Source: Desulfosudaceae bacterium | Lineage (GTDB): Bacteria > Desulfobacterota > Desulfobacteria > Desulfobacterales > Desulfosudaceae | NCBI GenBank assembly: GCA_963674745.2 | Contig: CAXXDV010000001.1 | Coordinates: 1,280,001-1,344,000 of the forward strand | DNA length: 64,000 nucleotides | Direction: 5' to 3' | Part shown: positions 1-10,907 of the stretch, piece by piece | Layout of the letters: every line of letters begins with the position of its first letter | How positions within the stretch are numbered: the stretch's first letter is position 1 | Notes under the pieces: generated by a model | Databases searched by the model: none | Told to the model about the DNA's origin: nothing | What the model saw: only the letters and a program-made list of their open reading frames with translations | Translations under genes and position numbers: made by a program

Positions 1-476
1 TTGACCGCTAAATTGAGCGCTTTTTTCGACCGTGACGCAATAATATCAGCCACTGCTTCGGCCTGCATCAAATCTATTTTACCATTTAAAAAAGCACGGC
101 GGGTAAACTCCCCGGGCTCGGCAAGCCTGGCGCCGAGGTCCATCAGCAACTGAAGAATCGTATTCAAAACATAAGGGCTGCCATGGGCATGGATTTCGAC
201 CACATCCTCTCCAGTGTATGATCGGGGTCCGCGCATAAAAACAACCAGAACCTCATCAATCAGCTGGTGATCATCAACAATCTGTCCATGATAAAACCGG
301 TGTGATCGAATCGTTTCGATAGAAAGTGTTGCCGGGGCTTCGTCTGGCCGGGCACGAGATACTGGTCGAAATACCTGTAAAAGAAGCGCTAAAGACCGGG
401 GTCCTGAGACCCGAATGACCCCAACACCGCCGGCGGCAAGAGGCGTGGCAATGGCGGCTATGGTGCTGTTTTCCAT
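1..476 (-). CDS. mnmE: tRNA modification GTPase MnmE, N-terminal part (runs off window edge; not in ORF track)
   Basis: Manual translation from ATG at 476: MENSTIAAIATPLAAGGVGVIRVSG...IDEVLVVFMRGPRSYTGEDVVEIHAHG...LAEPGEFTRRAFLNGKIDLMQAEAV. Canonical position downstream of jag. Confidence 0.95.
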   Translation of the reverse strand, partial: MENSTIAAIATPLAAGGVGVIRVSGPRSLALLLQVFRPVSRARPDEAPATLSIETIRSHRFYHGQIVDDHQLIDEVLVVFMRGPRSYTGEDVVEIHAHGSPYVLNTILQLLMDLGARLAEPGEFTRRAFLNGKIDLMQAEAVADIIASRSKKALNLAV

Positions 477-559
477 TTTTCTGTTTTTCTAAAACATTTG
501 GAGGCCTTTTGAGCTTAAAAAAGGTGGTGGCCATCAACAACTTTTTAAGGGTTAGACCG

Positions 560-1402
560 TTACTTCTCTCCGCCCTTTTTTCCTCGCCAGGTTTTTTTAC
601 CTGGATGAATGACAATATTCCGGACTTCTCCACCACCCGTACTTCGCGTTTTAACGTTTTTGTTCTTTCGTAGCGCGTCGTGAATTATTTTTCGTTCATA
701 AGCATCCATGCGGTTGATGGTGGTCGGTTTTCCCGTCTGTTTGACTTTATCCGCCATTCTTGCGGCCAGGGATTTCAAAGAGGCTTTTCTTTTTTCCATA
801 TATTTTTCGACATCCACAGAAACCCGGGCCCGTTCGCCACAGGACTTGTGAATGATTTTTTCCACGATATGCTGCATGGCCTTCAACGTCTGTCCGTGCT
901 TTCCGATCAATATGGCGGCATTGTCCCCTTCGATATTAAAAAAAGCCTGCTGGTTCTGTAAACGGAAAGAGACGGTCGCTTCGGTGCCGATACAATCAAT
1001 GATTTTGGAAAGCGCGATTTTTCCAACTTCAAGGTCCGCTTCGGTAAGCGTTCTTTCCGGCTCACGGTCTAAGGCGTCCGGTTCAGGGTCTAAGGCGTCC
1101 GGTTTCGCGGGAGCCGGGGGTTCGTCTGCTTCCTCCGGGTTGTTCGTGTCCGCATCGGCAAAGGTTTCATCCACCAGGGAAAGAATTTCCTGTCTTTCCT
1201 TTTCCGCCGCTGTTACTTCCGCGTTTTCCGGCTTCTTAACACGGATTTTAGCATTTTTTGCACCGACCAGACCGAAAATTCCACTGGAGCCGGAAAATTC
1301 TATTTCATATTTAAGCTTTTCTGTCGTAACCCCAAGTTCTTTACACGCATTTTGTATGGCAGCATCAACGGTTTTTCCTTCAAAAAAAGACCAGGAAGCC
1401 AT
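560..1402 (-). CDS. jag: Jag/EloR (KhpB) RNA-binding protein with Jag_N, KH and R3H domains
   Basis: FEGKTVDAAI N-terminus, KH motif LIGKHGQTL, R3H motif ERKIIHDAL. GGAGG RBS before ATG 1402. Follows yidC. Confidence 0.93.
   Translation of the reverse strand: MASWSFFEGKTVDAAIQNACKELGVTTEKLKYEIEFSGSSGIFGLVGAKNAKIRVKKPENAEVTAAEKERQEILSLVDETFADADTNNPEEADEPPAPAKPDALDPEPDALDREPERTLTEADLEVGKIALSKIIDCIGTEATVSFRLQNQQAFFNIEGDNAAILIGKHGQTLKAMQHIVEKIIHKSCGERARVSVDVEKYMEKRKASLKSLAARMADKVKQTGKPTTINRMDAYERKIIHDALRKNKNVKTRSTGGGEVRNIVIHPGKKTWRGKKGGEK
1056..1104 (-). repeat. In-frame 21-bp tandem repeat (about 2.3 copies) in the jag linker, encoding PDALDPE-PDALDRE
   Basis: tccggctcacggtctaaggcg / tccggttcagggtctaaggcg / tccggtt. 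Confidence 0.85.
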
Positions 1403-1417
1403 TTTTTCCTCCACTAC

Positions 1418-3097
1418 TTAAGATTTCTCCCGGGTGACATACTGCTGCTGAAAAATCGAAAAAAGGTTGTTCACTATAAAATACAGCACCAGCCCGGAAG
1501 GGAAGTTGATAAAAATAACGGTTAAAAATATCGGCATCAGCAGCATCATTTTGGCCTGGGCCGGATCCCCCGGAGACGGTTGCATTTTCTGCTGCAAAAA
1601 CATGGTGGCACCCATGATAATCGTCAGCACAGGAATTCCCGTCGGTGGTTGCATCAGGGGAATTGTAAAATCAAAAGAAAAAAGTCGCTCCGGGGCGGAA
1701 AGATCATTGATCCACATGAAAAAATGGGCGTGGCGGAGTTCTATGGCCTGGTAAAGCATTCGATAAAAAGCAATAAACACCGGAATCTGAATCACCATGG
1801 GAAGGCAGCCCCCCAGTGGGTTGACTTTATATGTTTTATAAAGCCCCATCATTTCCTGATTCATTTTCTGTTTATCGTTTTTATATTTTTCCCGTATTTC
1901 CGCCATTAAGGGTTGTATCTTCTTCATCTCACCCATGGATTTATAGCTCTTTGTGCCCAAAGGCCAGAACAGCAGTTTGATGATCAGCGTCACCAGCATG
2001 ATGGAAATCCCGTAGTTGGGAATGATGCGATAGATCTGCTTCATCAGCCAGAGACAGGGCCTGGCTACAACATCGAACCAGCCAAAATTAACCGCCCGGT
2101 CTAAATCACTGCCGACCGATTTTAAAACACTGATATCCTTGGGCCCCATATAAAGCGTATAGTGATAGGTCGACTTCGCCTGGGGTGACAGGGACGCCAT
2201 GTTCTGACGATATTGAACCGATACCAGACCGTCTTCCCCATGCTTCAGAGCCATGACGGCTTCGTCCGGCTGTTCGGGAATCACAGCGGTCATAAAATAG
2301 CGGGTCTGAATGGCAACCCAGGAAAGAGGGCCGGGAATACTCGGGGTCTCTTCTATCTTTTTGAGCTTGACCTCTTCCAGTTTTCCCCCGATGTAAGTGC
2401 AGGGGCCTTCAAACACAAACCGGCTTTCCTTTTCTGAAAAATTGCGGTTTAGAGATACGCCCAGAACACCGCCAAACGGTTCTGCCGATCGGTTTTCAAC
2501 CGTAATATCAAGACCAACCGTATAAGTATCCGGCAAAAAGGTGTATCGTTTTGTTATGGATACGAACTCGTTTACATGGCTTTTAAAAGAAAGCGTTCTG
2601 GCCGAGCCGGCGACCTCAACCGTTCCGGAAACACCGGCATCCGGGTAAAAACGGCTTGTTTTATTATCCGGTACAGCGGTTAATTCAAAATTAACGCAGC
2701 CGGTCCCCCGGTCGTTTTTTTCTGAAATAAGCTGTTTGTTTGGTGATGCGTCACTATTGTCTGCTTTATAGTGTTTTAAATTAAAGGCCGTAAAACACAT
2801 TTCCCGTCCTGATAACACGGCTGAATACAATGGGGTTTCAATAAAGATGGGGGGTGAGGGCGGTTCTTCAACAACCGTGGTCACCTCCGTCATTTTATCG
2901 CCATCGTCTTCCACCGGTTTTTTGGCTGGAGGCAATGCTTCCCGGAGGGGTTCTGACGGAGGGTGAACAACCTTCTCCTCTTGTGCCGTTTGCTCGGGGA
3001 CAGGCGCCCGGGGCATTTCCGGTTTAAAGAAAAAATCCCAGACCAGAAGAATAAGAACTGATAGCACAATGGCTATAACAAGTCGTGTTTGTTCCAT
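1418..3097 (-). CDS. yidC: Membrane protein insertase YidC
   Basis: N-terminal TM anchor, periplasmic domain, conserved motifs NYGISI, GCLPMVIQIPVF, WINDLS, PSGLVLYF. Confidence 0.97.
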   Translation of the reverse strand: MEQTRLVIAIVLSVLILLVWDFFFKPEMPRAPVPEQTAQEEKVVHPPSEPLREALPPAKKPVEDDGDKMTEVTTVVEEPPSPPIFIETPLYSAVLSGREMCFTAFNLKHYKADNSDASPNKQLISEKNDRGTGCVNFELTAVPDNKTSRFYPDAGVSGTVEVAGSARTLSFKSHVNEFVSITKRYTFLPDTYTVGLDITVENRSAEPFGGVLGVSLNRNFSEKESRFVFEGPCTYIGGKLEEVKLKKIEETPSIPGPLSWVAIQTRYFMTAVIPEQPDEAVMALKHGEDGLVSVQYRQNMASLSPQAKSTYHYTLYMGPKDISVLKSVGSDLDRAVNFGWFDVVARPCLWLMKQIYRIIPNYGISIMLVTLIIKLLFWPLGTKSYKSMGEMKKIQPLMAEIREKYKNDKQKMNQEMMGLYKTYKVNPLGGCLPMVIQIPVFIAFYRMLYQAIELRHAHFFMWINDLSAPERLFSFDFTIPLMQPPTGIPVLTIIMGATMFLQQKMQPSPGDPAQAKMMLLMPIFLTVIFINFPSGLVLYFIVNNLFSIFQQQYVTREKS

Positions 3098-3237
3098 TTT
3101 TTTTGTATCCTGACAATAACTTTTTTACAGAGGACAGCACGGTCGAACAGCTGCCAAAAACAAAACACAGGTCTTGTTCTCGGCCTGTTCAGCTTGGATG
3201 CGTATTCGGAAAAAAAGACAGACGGCTTGTCCGTGGC

Positions 3238-3453
3238 TTAAGGGACGGGATCATAACCACCGGGATGAAAAGGCTGACATTTTGAAAGTCTTCTAATGGA
3301 AAGTAAGCCCCCTTTTATAACCCCATACCGATGGACAGCTTCGTAAGCATATTCTGAGCAGGTAGGATAAAACCGGCAGGCAGGCCCCAGCAAGGGGGAT
3401 AACCACCACTGATATGCTTTTATTAACAAAAGGAGGCCTTTTTTAAATATCAT
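3238..3453 (-). CDS. yidD: Membrane protein insertion efficiency factor YidD
   Basis: [22 protein letters not shown]...[13 protein letters not shown]. Likely start ATG 3453, overlapping the rnpA end. Confidence 0.93.
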   Translation of the reverse strand: MIFKKGLLLLIKAYQWWLSPLLGPACRFYPTCSEYAYEAVHRYGVIKGGLLSIRRLSKCQPFHPGGYDPVP

Positions 3454-3796
3454 GGCTAGAAATTTTTTCAAAAATTTTATCCAGTGATGAAAAAACCTTC
3501 TCTGAAGAACATTGCGCAATATTTTTTTTGGCAATGATATTAATATCCCAACAACCACATAGGTTTTGCTTGCTTGTTCTGAAACGCTCTCTGACCTGTC
3601 GCTTTAAACGGTTTCGTGTAGCGGCGTTTCCCGCTTTTTTAGATATCGTCAATCCCAGCCGGCTGTTATTTCTGTTGTTTCCTGTAAACTGAGCAATAAA
3701 GCAATCCGAATGTGCTTTTTTCCCCTTGTTCCTTAATAGAACAAACTCCGCCCTCTTTAACAGCCTGTATTTTTTTGAAAAACTAAACTCTGCCAA
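3443..3796 (-). CDS. rnpA: Ribonuclease P protein component
   Basis: [20 protein letters not shown] motif ATRNRLKR. Probable TTG start at 3796 (start uncertain). Confidence 0.92.
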   Translation of the reverse strand: MAEFSFSKKYRLLKRAEFVLLRNKGKKAHSDCFIAQFTGNNRNNSRLGLTISKKAGNAATRNRLKRQVRERFRTSKQNLCGCWDINIIAKKNIAQCSSEKVFSSLDKIFEKISSHDI

Positions 3797-3912
3797 CAGA
3801 ACCAGCTTGTTTTGTAAAAAGTTTTCGTCTGTTTCCAATCAACCCCGTTGGGTGTTTTGGCCTGGTCATGTTTTCCGTTTGCGTCACGTCTTTCTCTCGA
3901 ACAATCAAACAA

Positions 3913-4047
3913 TTAAACAGACAGCCGTTTTCTTCCTTTTGCTCTCCTCCTTTTAATAATATTTCTACCCTGTTTTGTAGACATACGTTTTCTGAAGCCG
4001 TGTGTTCTGGCTCGTTTCACACGACTCGGCTGATATGTGCGTTTCAT
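3913..4047 (-). CDS. rpmH: 50S ribosomal protein L34 (44 aa, missed by ORF track)
   Basis: Manual translation: [44 protein letters not shown]. Confidence 0.98.
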   Translation of the reverse strand: MKRTYQPSRVKRARTHGFRKRMSTKQGRNIIKRRRAKGRKRLSV

Positions 4048-4098
4048 GATCCTACATCCTTTTTATCGGTATTTGTTCTCAAAAAAAATAATCCACCT

Positions 4099-4127
4099 TT
4101 TATAATACCGGCAAAACCAAAAGTCAA
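4099..4127 (-). promoter_or_regulatory. Putative sigma70 promoter of the rpmH operon
   Basis: Minus strand TTGACT-17 bp-TATAAA, about 50 bp upstream of rpmH. Confidence 0.55.
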
Positions 4128-4174
4128 GATATAAAAAATTATCAATAAAATCAGATTAAACCATTAACGTCTGG

Positions 4175-5710
4175 TCATAAAATTTCTTCTATTTCAAATT
4201 GCTCGATATGAAATTTCGGCATGGGATAAATAATGATCTGCCTTTCCAGTTTTTGTTCCAGTGCGTTTATCAGGTTGTTTTCTTCTCCATGAAGCACTTC
4301 TGCAATATCCGGATGAACCTTTACGGTTATTTTTTCACCGGTGATGTCTCCGGAGCCCCTCAATACTTCTCTGTACAAATTATAGCAAATGGTCTGTCTG
4401 GAAAGTAAACGGCCGTCTCCTTCACAATAAAAACACGGTTCGCACAGCATGCTGGCGATGGAGTTTCGGGTCCTTTTCCGGGTCATCTGAATTAGTCCCA
4501 GTTCTGAAAACGGCAGAACGGTGGTTTTGTTTTTATCTTTCTCCAGATATTCCTTCAGTGCGCTGAAAACCTTATCCCTGTTGGTTTCCTTAGCCATATC
4601 AATAAAATCGATAATAATAATACCGCCCAGATTACGAAGCCGTATCTGGTAGGCAATTTCTCTGGCGGCTTCCAGGTTGGTTTTAAAAACCGTTTCTTCA
4701 AAATTATGCTTACCCACATACCGACCGGTATTTACATCAATAACCACCAACGCCTCGGTCTGTTCAATAATGATATACCCGCCGGATTTCAACCAGACCT
4801 TGTTCTTCAGTGCCCGAAAAATATCCCCTTCAATGTTATAGGCGTCAAAAAGCGGTTCGCTTCCGGAATAACGTTCAACCGATACTTTCATCTGCGGCAT
4901 TACTTCATCCAGAAAAGCGAGTATTTCATTGTAAACAATGTCGGAATCCACAATGACGCAATCTGCCTCATGGGTCAGATAATCACGGACCGCTCTTAAT
5001 GAAACGGTCATTTCTCTGTGTAAAAGTGTCGGTGCGGAAACATTGCTGTAACGCTTTTGAACCTTTTTCCACAAACTAATCAAAAACCCCATCTCTTTTT
5101 TAAGGGTTTGTTCGTCGATGTTTTCTGCCGCTGTCCGGACGATAAACCCGAAATTTCCCTCTCTTAAAGAAACAACCATCTCTTTTAGTCGGGTTCGTTC
5201 TTTTTCTTCGATAATCCTTTTGGATACACCAACATGTTCAACCGTCGGCATCAACACCAGAAAACGGCCCGGCAGTGAGATGCGTGTTGTTATCCTTGCG
5301 CCCTTGCTGCCTATCGCGGATTTTGATACTTGAACCAGCATTTCCTGGTTTTCCGTTATCAGATCGCTGATATTAACCGCCTGAAGGGTAACGGCATTTG
5401 ATTCATAATCCGAAATTTCATTATTATCCGTTTCTTCATTTTCCACAGAACCCACGAACATCTCATCCATATCCCAGAAAGCGCCGGGTACGACATCATT
5501 AACGTATATAAACGCGGCCTGGTCCAGGCCCAGATCCACGAAAGCCGCCTGCATTCCTGGAAGTACCCGTTGAACCCTGGCTTTATAGATATTGCCGGAT
5601 ATGTTAAATTGATCTCCTCTTTCCATGAAAAACTCTACCACCGTCCCATCCTCAAGCAGGGCGACACGGGTTTCGTTCTCCGTGGCATTTATTATCAACT
5701 CTTTTGACAT
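4175..5710 (-). CDS. rng: Ribonuclease G (Rne/Rng family)
   Basis: GNIYKARVQRVLPGMQAAFVD, S1 domain, IDVNTG, LRNLGGIIIIDFIDM, C-x2-C-x-G-x-G zinc link; 511 aa, RNase G length. Confidence 0.93.
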   Translation of the reverse strand: MSKELIINATENETRVALLEDGTVVEFFMERGDQFNISGNIYKARVQRVLPGMQAAFVDLGLDQAAFIYVNDVVPGAFWDMDEMFVGSVENEETDNNEISDYESNAVTLQAVNISDLITENQEMLVQVSKSAIGSKGARITTRISLPGRFLVLMPTVEHVGVSKRIIEEKERTRLKEMVVSLREGNFGFIVRTAAENIDEQTLKKEMGFLISLWKKVQKRYSNVSAPTLLHREMTVSLRAVRDYLTHEADCVIVDSDIVYNEILAFLDEVMPQMKVSVERYSGSEPLFDAYNIEGDIFRALKNKVWLKSGGYIIIEQTEALVVIDVNTGRYVGKHNFEETVFKTNLEAAREIAYQIRLRNLGGIIIIDFIDMAKETNRDKVFSALKEYLEKDKNKTTVLPFSELGLIQMTRKRTRNSIASMLCEPCFYCEGDGRLLSRQTICYNLYREVLRGSGDITGEKITVKVHPDIAEVLHGEENNLINALEQKLERQIIIYPMPKFHIEQFEIEEIL

Positions 5711-5746
5711 ATCGAAATCCTGATTAATTAACGATAAAAAATACTA

Positions 5747-8272
5747 CTATATCGTCTCAATTTTGACAACCCTGGCCTGTTTGACCGTTTTCTCTGTCAG
5801 TTCGAACAGGGCGCCGGCAATATCTGTTGGTTTGGCCTTTTGACCGGATATTTCTTTTATTTCCATCATCAGGCGTTTTTTATCTATCACCTCTAAATTC
5901 GACACGATCTTTTTTAGATCGATTTTTTTGACGACCCCTTTTTTATTCTGTTTTTCCAGTAAAAAATGCTCCCGCTGGCGAAAAGCGTCAGCTTTTTTGT
6001 TGTCAAAAATGTCGGCTTGGCTTTCTATACGATAAATCGAGGTTTTGTCTTCGGCCTTCTTTTTACCTTTTGTTTCCGGTAATATTCGGCAGTCCTTTAT
6101 GTCGATACCCTCCGGAAGTTCCTGGTTTAAGGCTTTTTTAACCGCATCCGGTTCAACCATTCCGTTTACCGTCAAAATAAGCGTTTCTTTTTCACTCTCA
6201 ACGCCAACCGGCAACGGATCCGGAAAAACGATTTTCGGCATGGGATGATAGCCCTGAGAATAAAAAACAGGAATTTGTGCGCGATTGATGGCCCGGATAA
6301 AAATATTGATAAATTCCAAATGCCCAAAATACCCGGCCGGTCCGGTTTTGGCATAATCGATGGCCAGCTTGTTTTTTACGGTGAATATTTTTTGAGTTTT
6401 TAATACGGTGTTAACCGTCGATGTTGATCTGTTCTCAGAAGCGTTCAGCCTTGGTTTTATTTCCTTAAAATCGCATATGCCGCAATCGCTGCAACTGCCG
6501 TCTCTACAGTCCTGCGTCAATTCCTGCTGATACGCCTTTTCTCTTTCTTTAATAAAAAACGCTTTTGTAATTCCGCACGAAATCATGTCCCATGGTAACG
6601 GTTCACCGGTATCTCTTTTCCGTTTTGTATAAAAATCCAGATCAATCTCGTTTTCCTCGGCTGCGTCAAGCCAAAAATTGAAATTAAAACTGTCACTCCA
6701 GCCATCAAACCGGCATCCTTTCATATATGCCGCTTCTATTAATCGGGATAAGCGCCGGTCTCCACGGGCAAAAACACCTTCAATAAAACTCGCTTCCGGG
6801 TTCTGCCATTTAAATCCGATCTGCCGGTTTGTAAGGCTGGTTTTAAGATATTTTATGGTTTCTTTTGCTGTCTCAAGTGGAAGTTGTCTTTCCCATTGAA
6901 ACGGCGTGTGTGCCTTGGGAATAAAAGTCGCCACGCTGACATTTAGTTTTTGTTTACCCTTTTGTTTGTTACCGATCTTTGAAAGACGACGCACCAGCGC
7001 AATGATTTCATTAACATCCTGATCGGTTTCCGTCGGCAAACCGATCATAAAATAAAGTTTAATCAGATTCCATCCCAAAGAAAAAGCGTCATTAACCGTA
7101 CGTGTTATTTCTTCTTCGGTAACATTTTTATTGATAACATCCCTTAAACGCTGACTTCCGGCCTCGGGTGCGATGGTAAAGCCGGTTTTTCTGACGCTTT
7201 TAATAAGCTGCATGGTATTCTGGTCTAAAGATCCGGCTCTGAAAGAAGGAACCGAAACCGCTATGTGTTTTGAGCTGTACTTAAACATCATCTGTTCTAT
7301 CAGACAATTTAAGCCGCCATAATCTCCCGTGCTCAAGGAAAGTAAAGATACGTCTTCGTAACCGGTGTTTTTTAAGGCTTCGTCCGCCTGGCTCAAGACC
7401 TCATCTACCGGCCTTTCTCTAACCGGTCTGTAAATCATGCCCGCCTGGCAGAATCGGCAACCCCGGGAACACCCTCGCGCCACTTCCAGTCTCAGCCTGT
7501 CATGAACCGGTTTACCAAAAGGCAAAACCGGTTTATCGGGAAAATCTTCATTTTTCAGCCATGGCGTAACGGCTTTGGACACGGTGCCAACCGACCCTTT
7601 TTTAGGATCAAGGTGTTCAAATCCCTGATCATCATAACGTGCCGTATACCATTCGGGTATATAAACGCCTTTTATTCTAGACCACGCCTCAAGAACCGCC
7701 TTTTTATCTGTTTTACCGTTGTTTGTTTTAATTTTGAGAAGATCAGACGCCATTTGAACGATAACCGATTCAGCATCACCGACAACAATGGCATCAAAAA
7801 AATCAGCCACCGGTTCAGGGTTAACCATACACGGTCCACCGGCGATTATCAGTGGATAGGAATCATCCCGTTGCCTGGCATAAAAAGGAATATTTGAAAG
7901 ATCCATAATGGTTAACACATTTGTATAGTTCAGCTCATAAAGAAGAGAAAAGCCGACAACATCAAATGTACTCACCGATTTCCCGGTTTCCAGTGAAAAT
8001 AAGGTTCTGCCCGTTTTTCTCAATTGTTGTTCCATATCAAGACCCGGGGAAAAAACCCGTTCGGCCATGACATTTTCCATCTTGTTTAAAAGATAATACA
8101 AAATCTGCATGCCAAAATGAGAGGTCCCTATTTCATAAAGATCCGGGAAACAAAGCGCAAAAGAGACCTTGTGCGGTTTGTCCGGCTTTACGCTGTTTAT
8201 TTCACCACCTATATAACTGCTCGGTCTTCTGACAAAAGGCATTACTATCGGAAAATCATCAAACTTCATCAT
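5747..8272 (-). CDS. TIGR03960-type B12-binding radical SAM protein fused to a TIGR03936/DUF2344-type C-terminal domain
   Basis: PSSYIGGEIN, FPDLYEIGTSH, CSRGCRFC (CxxxCxxC), C-terminal GHLEF...YSQGYHPMPK. Usual neighbour of RNase G. Likely start 8272. Confidence 0.88.
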   Translation of the reverse strand: MMKFDDFPIVMPFVRRPSSYIGGEINSVKPDKPHKVSFALCFPDLYEIGTSHFGMQILYYLLNKMENVMAERVFSPGLDMEQQLRKTGRTLFSLETGKSVSTFDVVGFSLLYELNYTNVLTIMDLSNIPFYARQRDDSYPLIIAGGPCMVNPEPVADFFDAIVVGDAESVIVQMASDLLKIKTNNGKTDKKAVLEAWSRIKGVYIPEWYTARYDDQGFEHLDPKKGSVGTVSKAVTPWLKNEDFPDKPVLPFGKPVHDRLRLEVARGCSRGCRFCQAGMIYRPVRERPVDEVLSQADEALKNTGYEDVSLLSLSTGDYGGLNCLIEQMMFKYSSKHIAVSVPSFRAGSLDQNTMQLIKSVRKTGFTIAPEAGSQRLRDVINKNVTEEEITRTVNDAFSLGWNLIKLYFMIGLPTETDQDVNEIIALVRRLSKIGNKQKGKQKLNVSVATFIPKAHTPFQWERQLPLETAKETIKYLKTSLTNRQIGFKWQNPEASFIEGVFARGDRRLSRLIEAAYMKGCRFDGWSDSFNFNFWLDAAEENEIDLDFYTKRKRDTGEPLPWDMISCGITKAFFIKEREKAYQQELTQDCRDGSCSDCGICDFKEIKPRLNASENRSTSTVNTVLKTQKIFTVKNKLAIDYAKTGPAGYFGHLEFINIFIRAINRAQIPVFYSQGYHPMPKIVFPDPLPVGVESEKETLILTVNGMVEPDAVKKALNQELPEGIDIKDCRILPETKGKKKAEDKTSIYRIESQADIFDNKKADAFRQREHFLLEKQNKKGVVKKIDLKKIVSNLEVIDKKRLMMEIKEISGQKAKPTDIAGALFELTEKTVKQARVVKIETI

Positions 8273-8480
8273 TCTCTCTCTTCTGTTGATCGAAAGACGA
8301 TACCTGTATATTTGAAAATTGGTTTTATTATCAACCGGTTTTATTGTGTCGGGCAACGCCCGGTATAAGATGATGATACGGGATTTTCAGAATCAAAATC
8401 TGGACAGGGTCTTTGTTTTTAGAATAAAGAAGGGGTCTTTTAAACTTTATCAAACAATATCAGCGCTTCTAAAATATTAT

Positions 8481-10907
8481 TTATATATCAAGCGTTTCTA
8501 CTTCCAGCGCATTATCATGGATAAACTTTTTTCTGGGTTCTACATTATCACCCATCAGAACCGTGAAGGTCTCATCAGCCTCAGCAGCATCCTCTATTTT
8601 TACTTTCAGCAGTCTTCTGCTTCCCGGCTCCATGGTTGTTTTCCAGAGCTGATCCGCATTCATTTCTCCAAGACCTTTATATCTTTGAAAAACAACTCCT
8701 TTTTTGCCTGACTCCTCCATGTAAAGATACATCTTTTTAATGGTTTCAAAAGAGGCTTCTTCTTTATCGGTTTCGGTGTTATAAACGATAAATGGTGGTT
8801 CATTATACTTCGATATTTTCTGAGCCAAGACCACCATATTCTGATATTTATTTGAATAAATTAAGTTTCTTCCTATCTTAATTGGTTTAATATCCGTCAT
8901 GGGTTTACCGGTTATAAATTCTTCTTCGTCATCTTGAACCGGAATCGTTATAAAAAATTCATATATTTGTTTTTCTTCATTAAATAATATGTCATCGACC
9001 AGAAAGCCGTTTTCAGATAAAACCGTTCTTAAGCTTGAAATTTTTTCTTTATCCTTCAATACTTCTTTATCTGTCACTTTTTGGCGAATCAACAAATCCA
9101 GCAGTTTAGCGTTATATCCCCTTTTCTTTAAATCGGCCATTTCTTTTAAATAATCCGAAACATGACCTAAGAAAACAAATAATTCTTCATCTTCAAGCCG
9201 TTTATTACCAGCTATTACATACCTTTTATCACAGGCATTTTTTATAAAATAATCGATTAACTGGGACTCCTTATCAATATATTGCTCGTTTTTTCCCTTT
9301 CCAAGTTTAAAAAGTGGCGGTTGAGCGATATACAGATATTCTTTTTCGATCAATTCACGCATCTGCCTGAAAAAAAAGGTTAATAATAATGTTCTGATAT
9401 GAGCGCCATCAACATCCGCGTCCGTCATAATAATGACTTTATGGTATCTTAGTTTTTCAATTTCATATTCCTCACTTCCCGCGCCCATCCCAAGAACGGT
9501 TATAATATTCTTTATTTCTTCACTTTTTAAAATTTTATCAAACCGCGCTTTTTCTACATTTAAAATTTTACCCTTTAGGGGCAAAATAGCCTGAAACCTT
9601 CGATCCCTTCCCTGTTTAGCAGACCCCCCGGCGGAATCACCCTCAACCAGAAACAATTCTCTTTCTGCCGGATCGGTTGATTGACATTCGGCCATTTTAC
9701 CAGGGAGGCTTGAATCCATTAACGCACCCTGGCTCCTGGCAATATCTCTGGCTTTTTTGGCGGCGTTTCTGGCTCTGGCGGCTTCTAATGATTTATTAAT
9801 AATAACTTTGCCGATAGAGGGATTTTCTTCTAAAAAAGTATTTAATTTTTCATAAACAAGCGAATCCACATATCCTTTAACTTCACTGTTTCCAAGTTTG
9901 GTCTTGGTCTGACCTTCAAACTGCGGGTTTCTTATTCTGACACTGATGATCGCTGATAACCCTTCCCTGGCGTCCTCTCCGGTAATTTTTTCGGTGCTTT
10001 TTTTGGCGGCAGATACATTCACCATATATTGATTGACTGACCGGGTTAAGGCGCCTTTAAATCCGATAAGATGAAATCCCCCTTCGGTCGTATTAATATT
10101 ATTGGCAAATGAATAAATTTTTTCTGAAAAACTATCGTTATACTGAATTGCCACCTCTATCTGGACGTCATTTTTTTTACCGGCTATATATATCGGTTTG
10201 TGTAAAACCTGATGGGCTCTGTTTAAATATTCAATAAAAGATTGAATACCACCGTCATAACAATATTTGACCGATTCATCGGTCCTTTCGTCGTCTATTT
10301 GTATCGTTATTCCTTTATTTAAAAAAGCCAGCTCTCGGAGTCGACGACTTAATATTTCGAAATTGAAATTATCAGAATTCATAATTTCAGTGTCAGGCTT
10401 GAAAATAATTCTTGTTCCTCTTTTATCGGTATTACCGACAACCTCTAGCTCACTTGTTTTTTTACCTTTGCGAAAGATTTGTTTATAAATTTTTCCTTTG
10501 TTAAAAACATTTACTTCCAAAACTTCTGAAAGGGCATTAACAACGGAAATTCCTACACCATGAAGCCCTCCGGAAACCTTGTAATTGGAATTATCAAATT
10601 TACCGCCGGCATGCAGTTTTGTTAAGACCACTTCAACCGCGGGAACCTTTTCCTTTTCATGTATGCCAACTGGAATACCACGTCCGTTATCTTCAATACT
10701 GACCGAATTATCTTTGTTGATGACAACAACAATCCGATCGCAATAACCGGCCATGGCTTCATCAATACTGTTGTCTACAACTTCATAAACAAGATGATGA
10801 AGACCTTCACTGTCAACATTACCAATATACATAGAAGGTCTTAAACGAACAGGTTCAAGCCCTTCTAGAACATTGATACTTTTTTCGTTATAATTTGTTT
10901 CTTCCAT
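8481..10907 (-). CDS. gyrB: DNA gyrase subunit B
   Basis: EVVDNSIDE, DNGRGIP, LHAGGKF, VEGDSAGGSAK, MTDADVDG, QRYKGLGEMN, long insertion in the TOPRIM region. Confidence 0.97.
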   Translation of the reverse strand: MEETNYNEKSINVLEGLEPVRLRPSMYIGNVDSEGLHHLVYEVVDNSIDEAMAGYCDRIVVVINKDNSVSIEDNGRGIPVGIHEKEKVPAVEVVLTKLHAGGKFDNSNYKVSGGLHGVGISVVNALSEVLEVNVFNKGKIYKQIFRKGKKTSELEVVGNTDKRGTRIIFKPDTEIMNSDNFNFEILSRRLRELAFLNKGITIQIDDERTDESVKYCYDGGIQSFIEYLNRAHQVLHKPIYIAGKKNDVQIEVAIQYNDSFSEKIYSFANNINTTEGGFHLIGFKGALTRSVNQYMVNVSAAKKSTEKITGEDAREGLSAIISVRIRNPQFEGQTKTKLGNSEVKGYVDSLVYEKLNTFLEENPSIGKVIINKSLEAARARNAAKKARDIARSQGALMDSSLPGKMAECQSTDPAERELFLVEGDSAGGSAKQGRDRRFQAILPLKGKILNVEKARFDKILKSEEIKNIITVLGMGAGSEEYEIEKLRYHKVIIMTDADVDGAHIRTLLLTFFFRQMRELIEKEYLYIAQPPLFKLGKGKNEQYIDKESQLIDYFIKNACDKRYVIAGNKRLEDEELFVFLGHVSDYLKEMADLKKRGYNAKLLDLLIRQKVTDKEVLKDKEKISSLRTVLSENGFLVDDILFNEEKQIYEFFITIPVQDDEEEFITGKPMTDIKPIKIGRNLIYSNKYQNMVVLAQKISKYNEPPFIVYNTETDKEEASFETIKKMYLYMEESGKKGVVFQRYKGLGEMNADQLWKTTMEPGSRRLLKVKIEDAAEADETFTVLMGDNVEPRKKFIHDNALEVETLDI

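Noticed and set aside
274..636. 120-aa minus-strand ORF in the track
   Set aside because: It is an alternative frame overlapping the jag end and the true mnmE start at 476.
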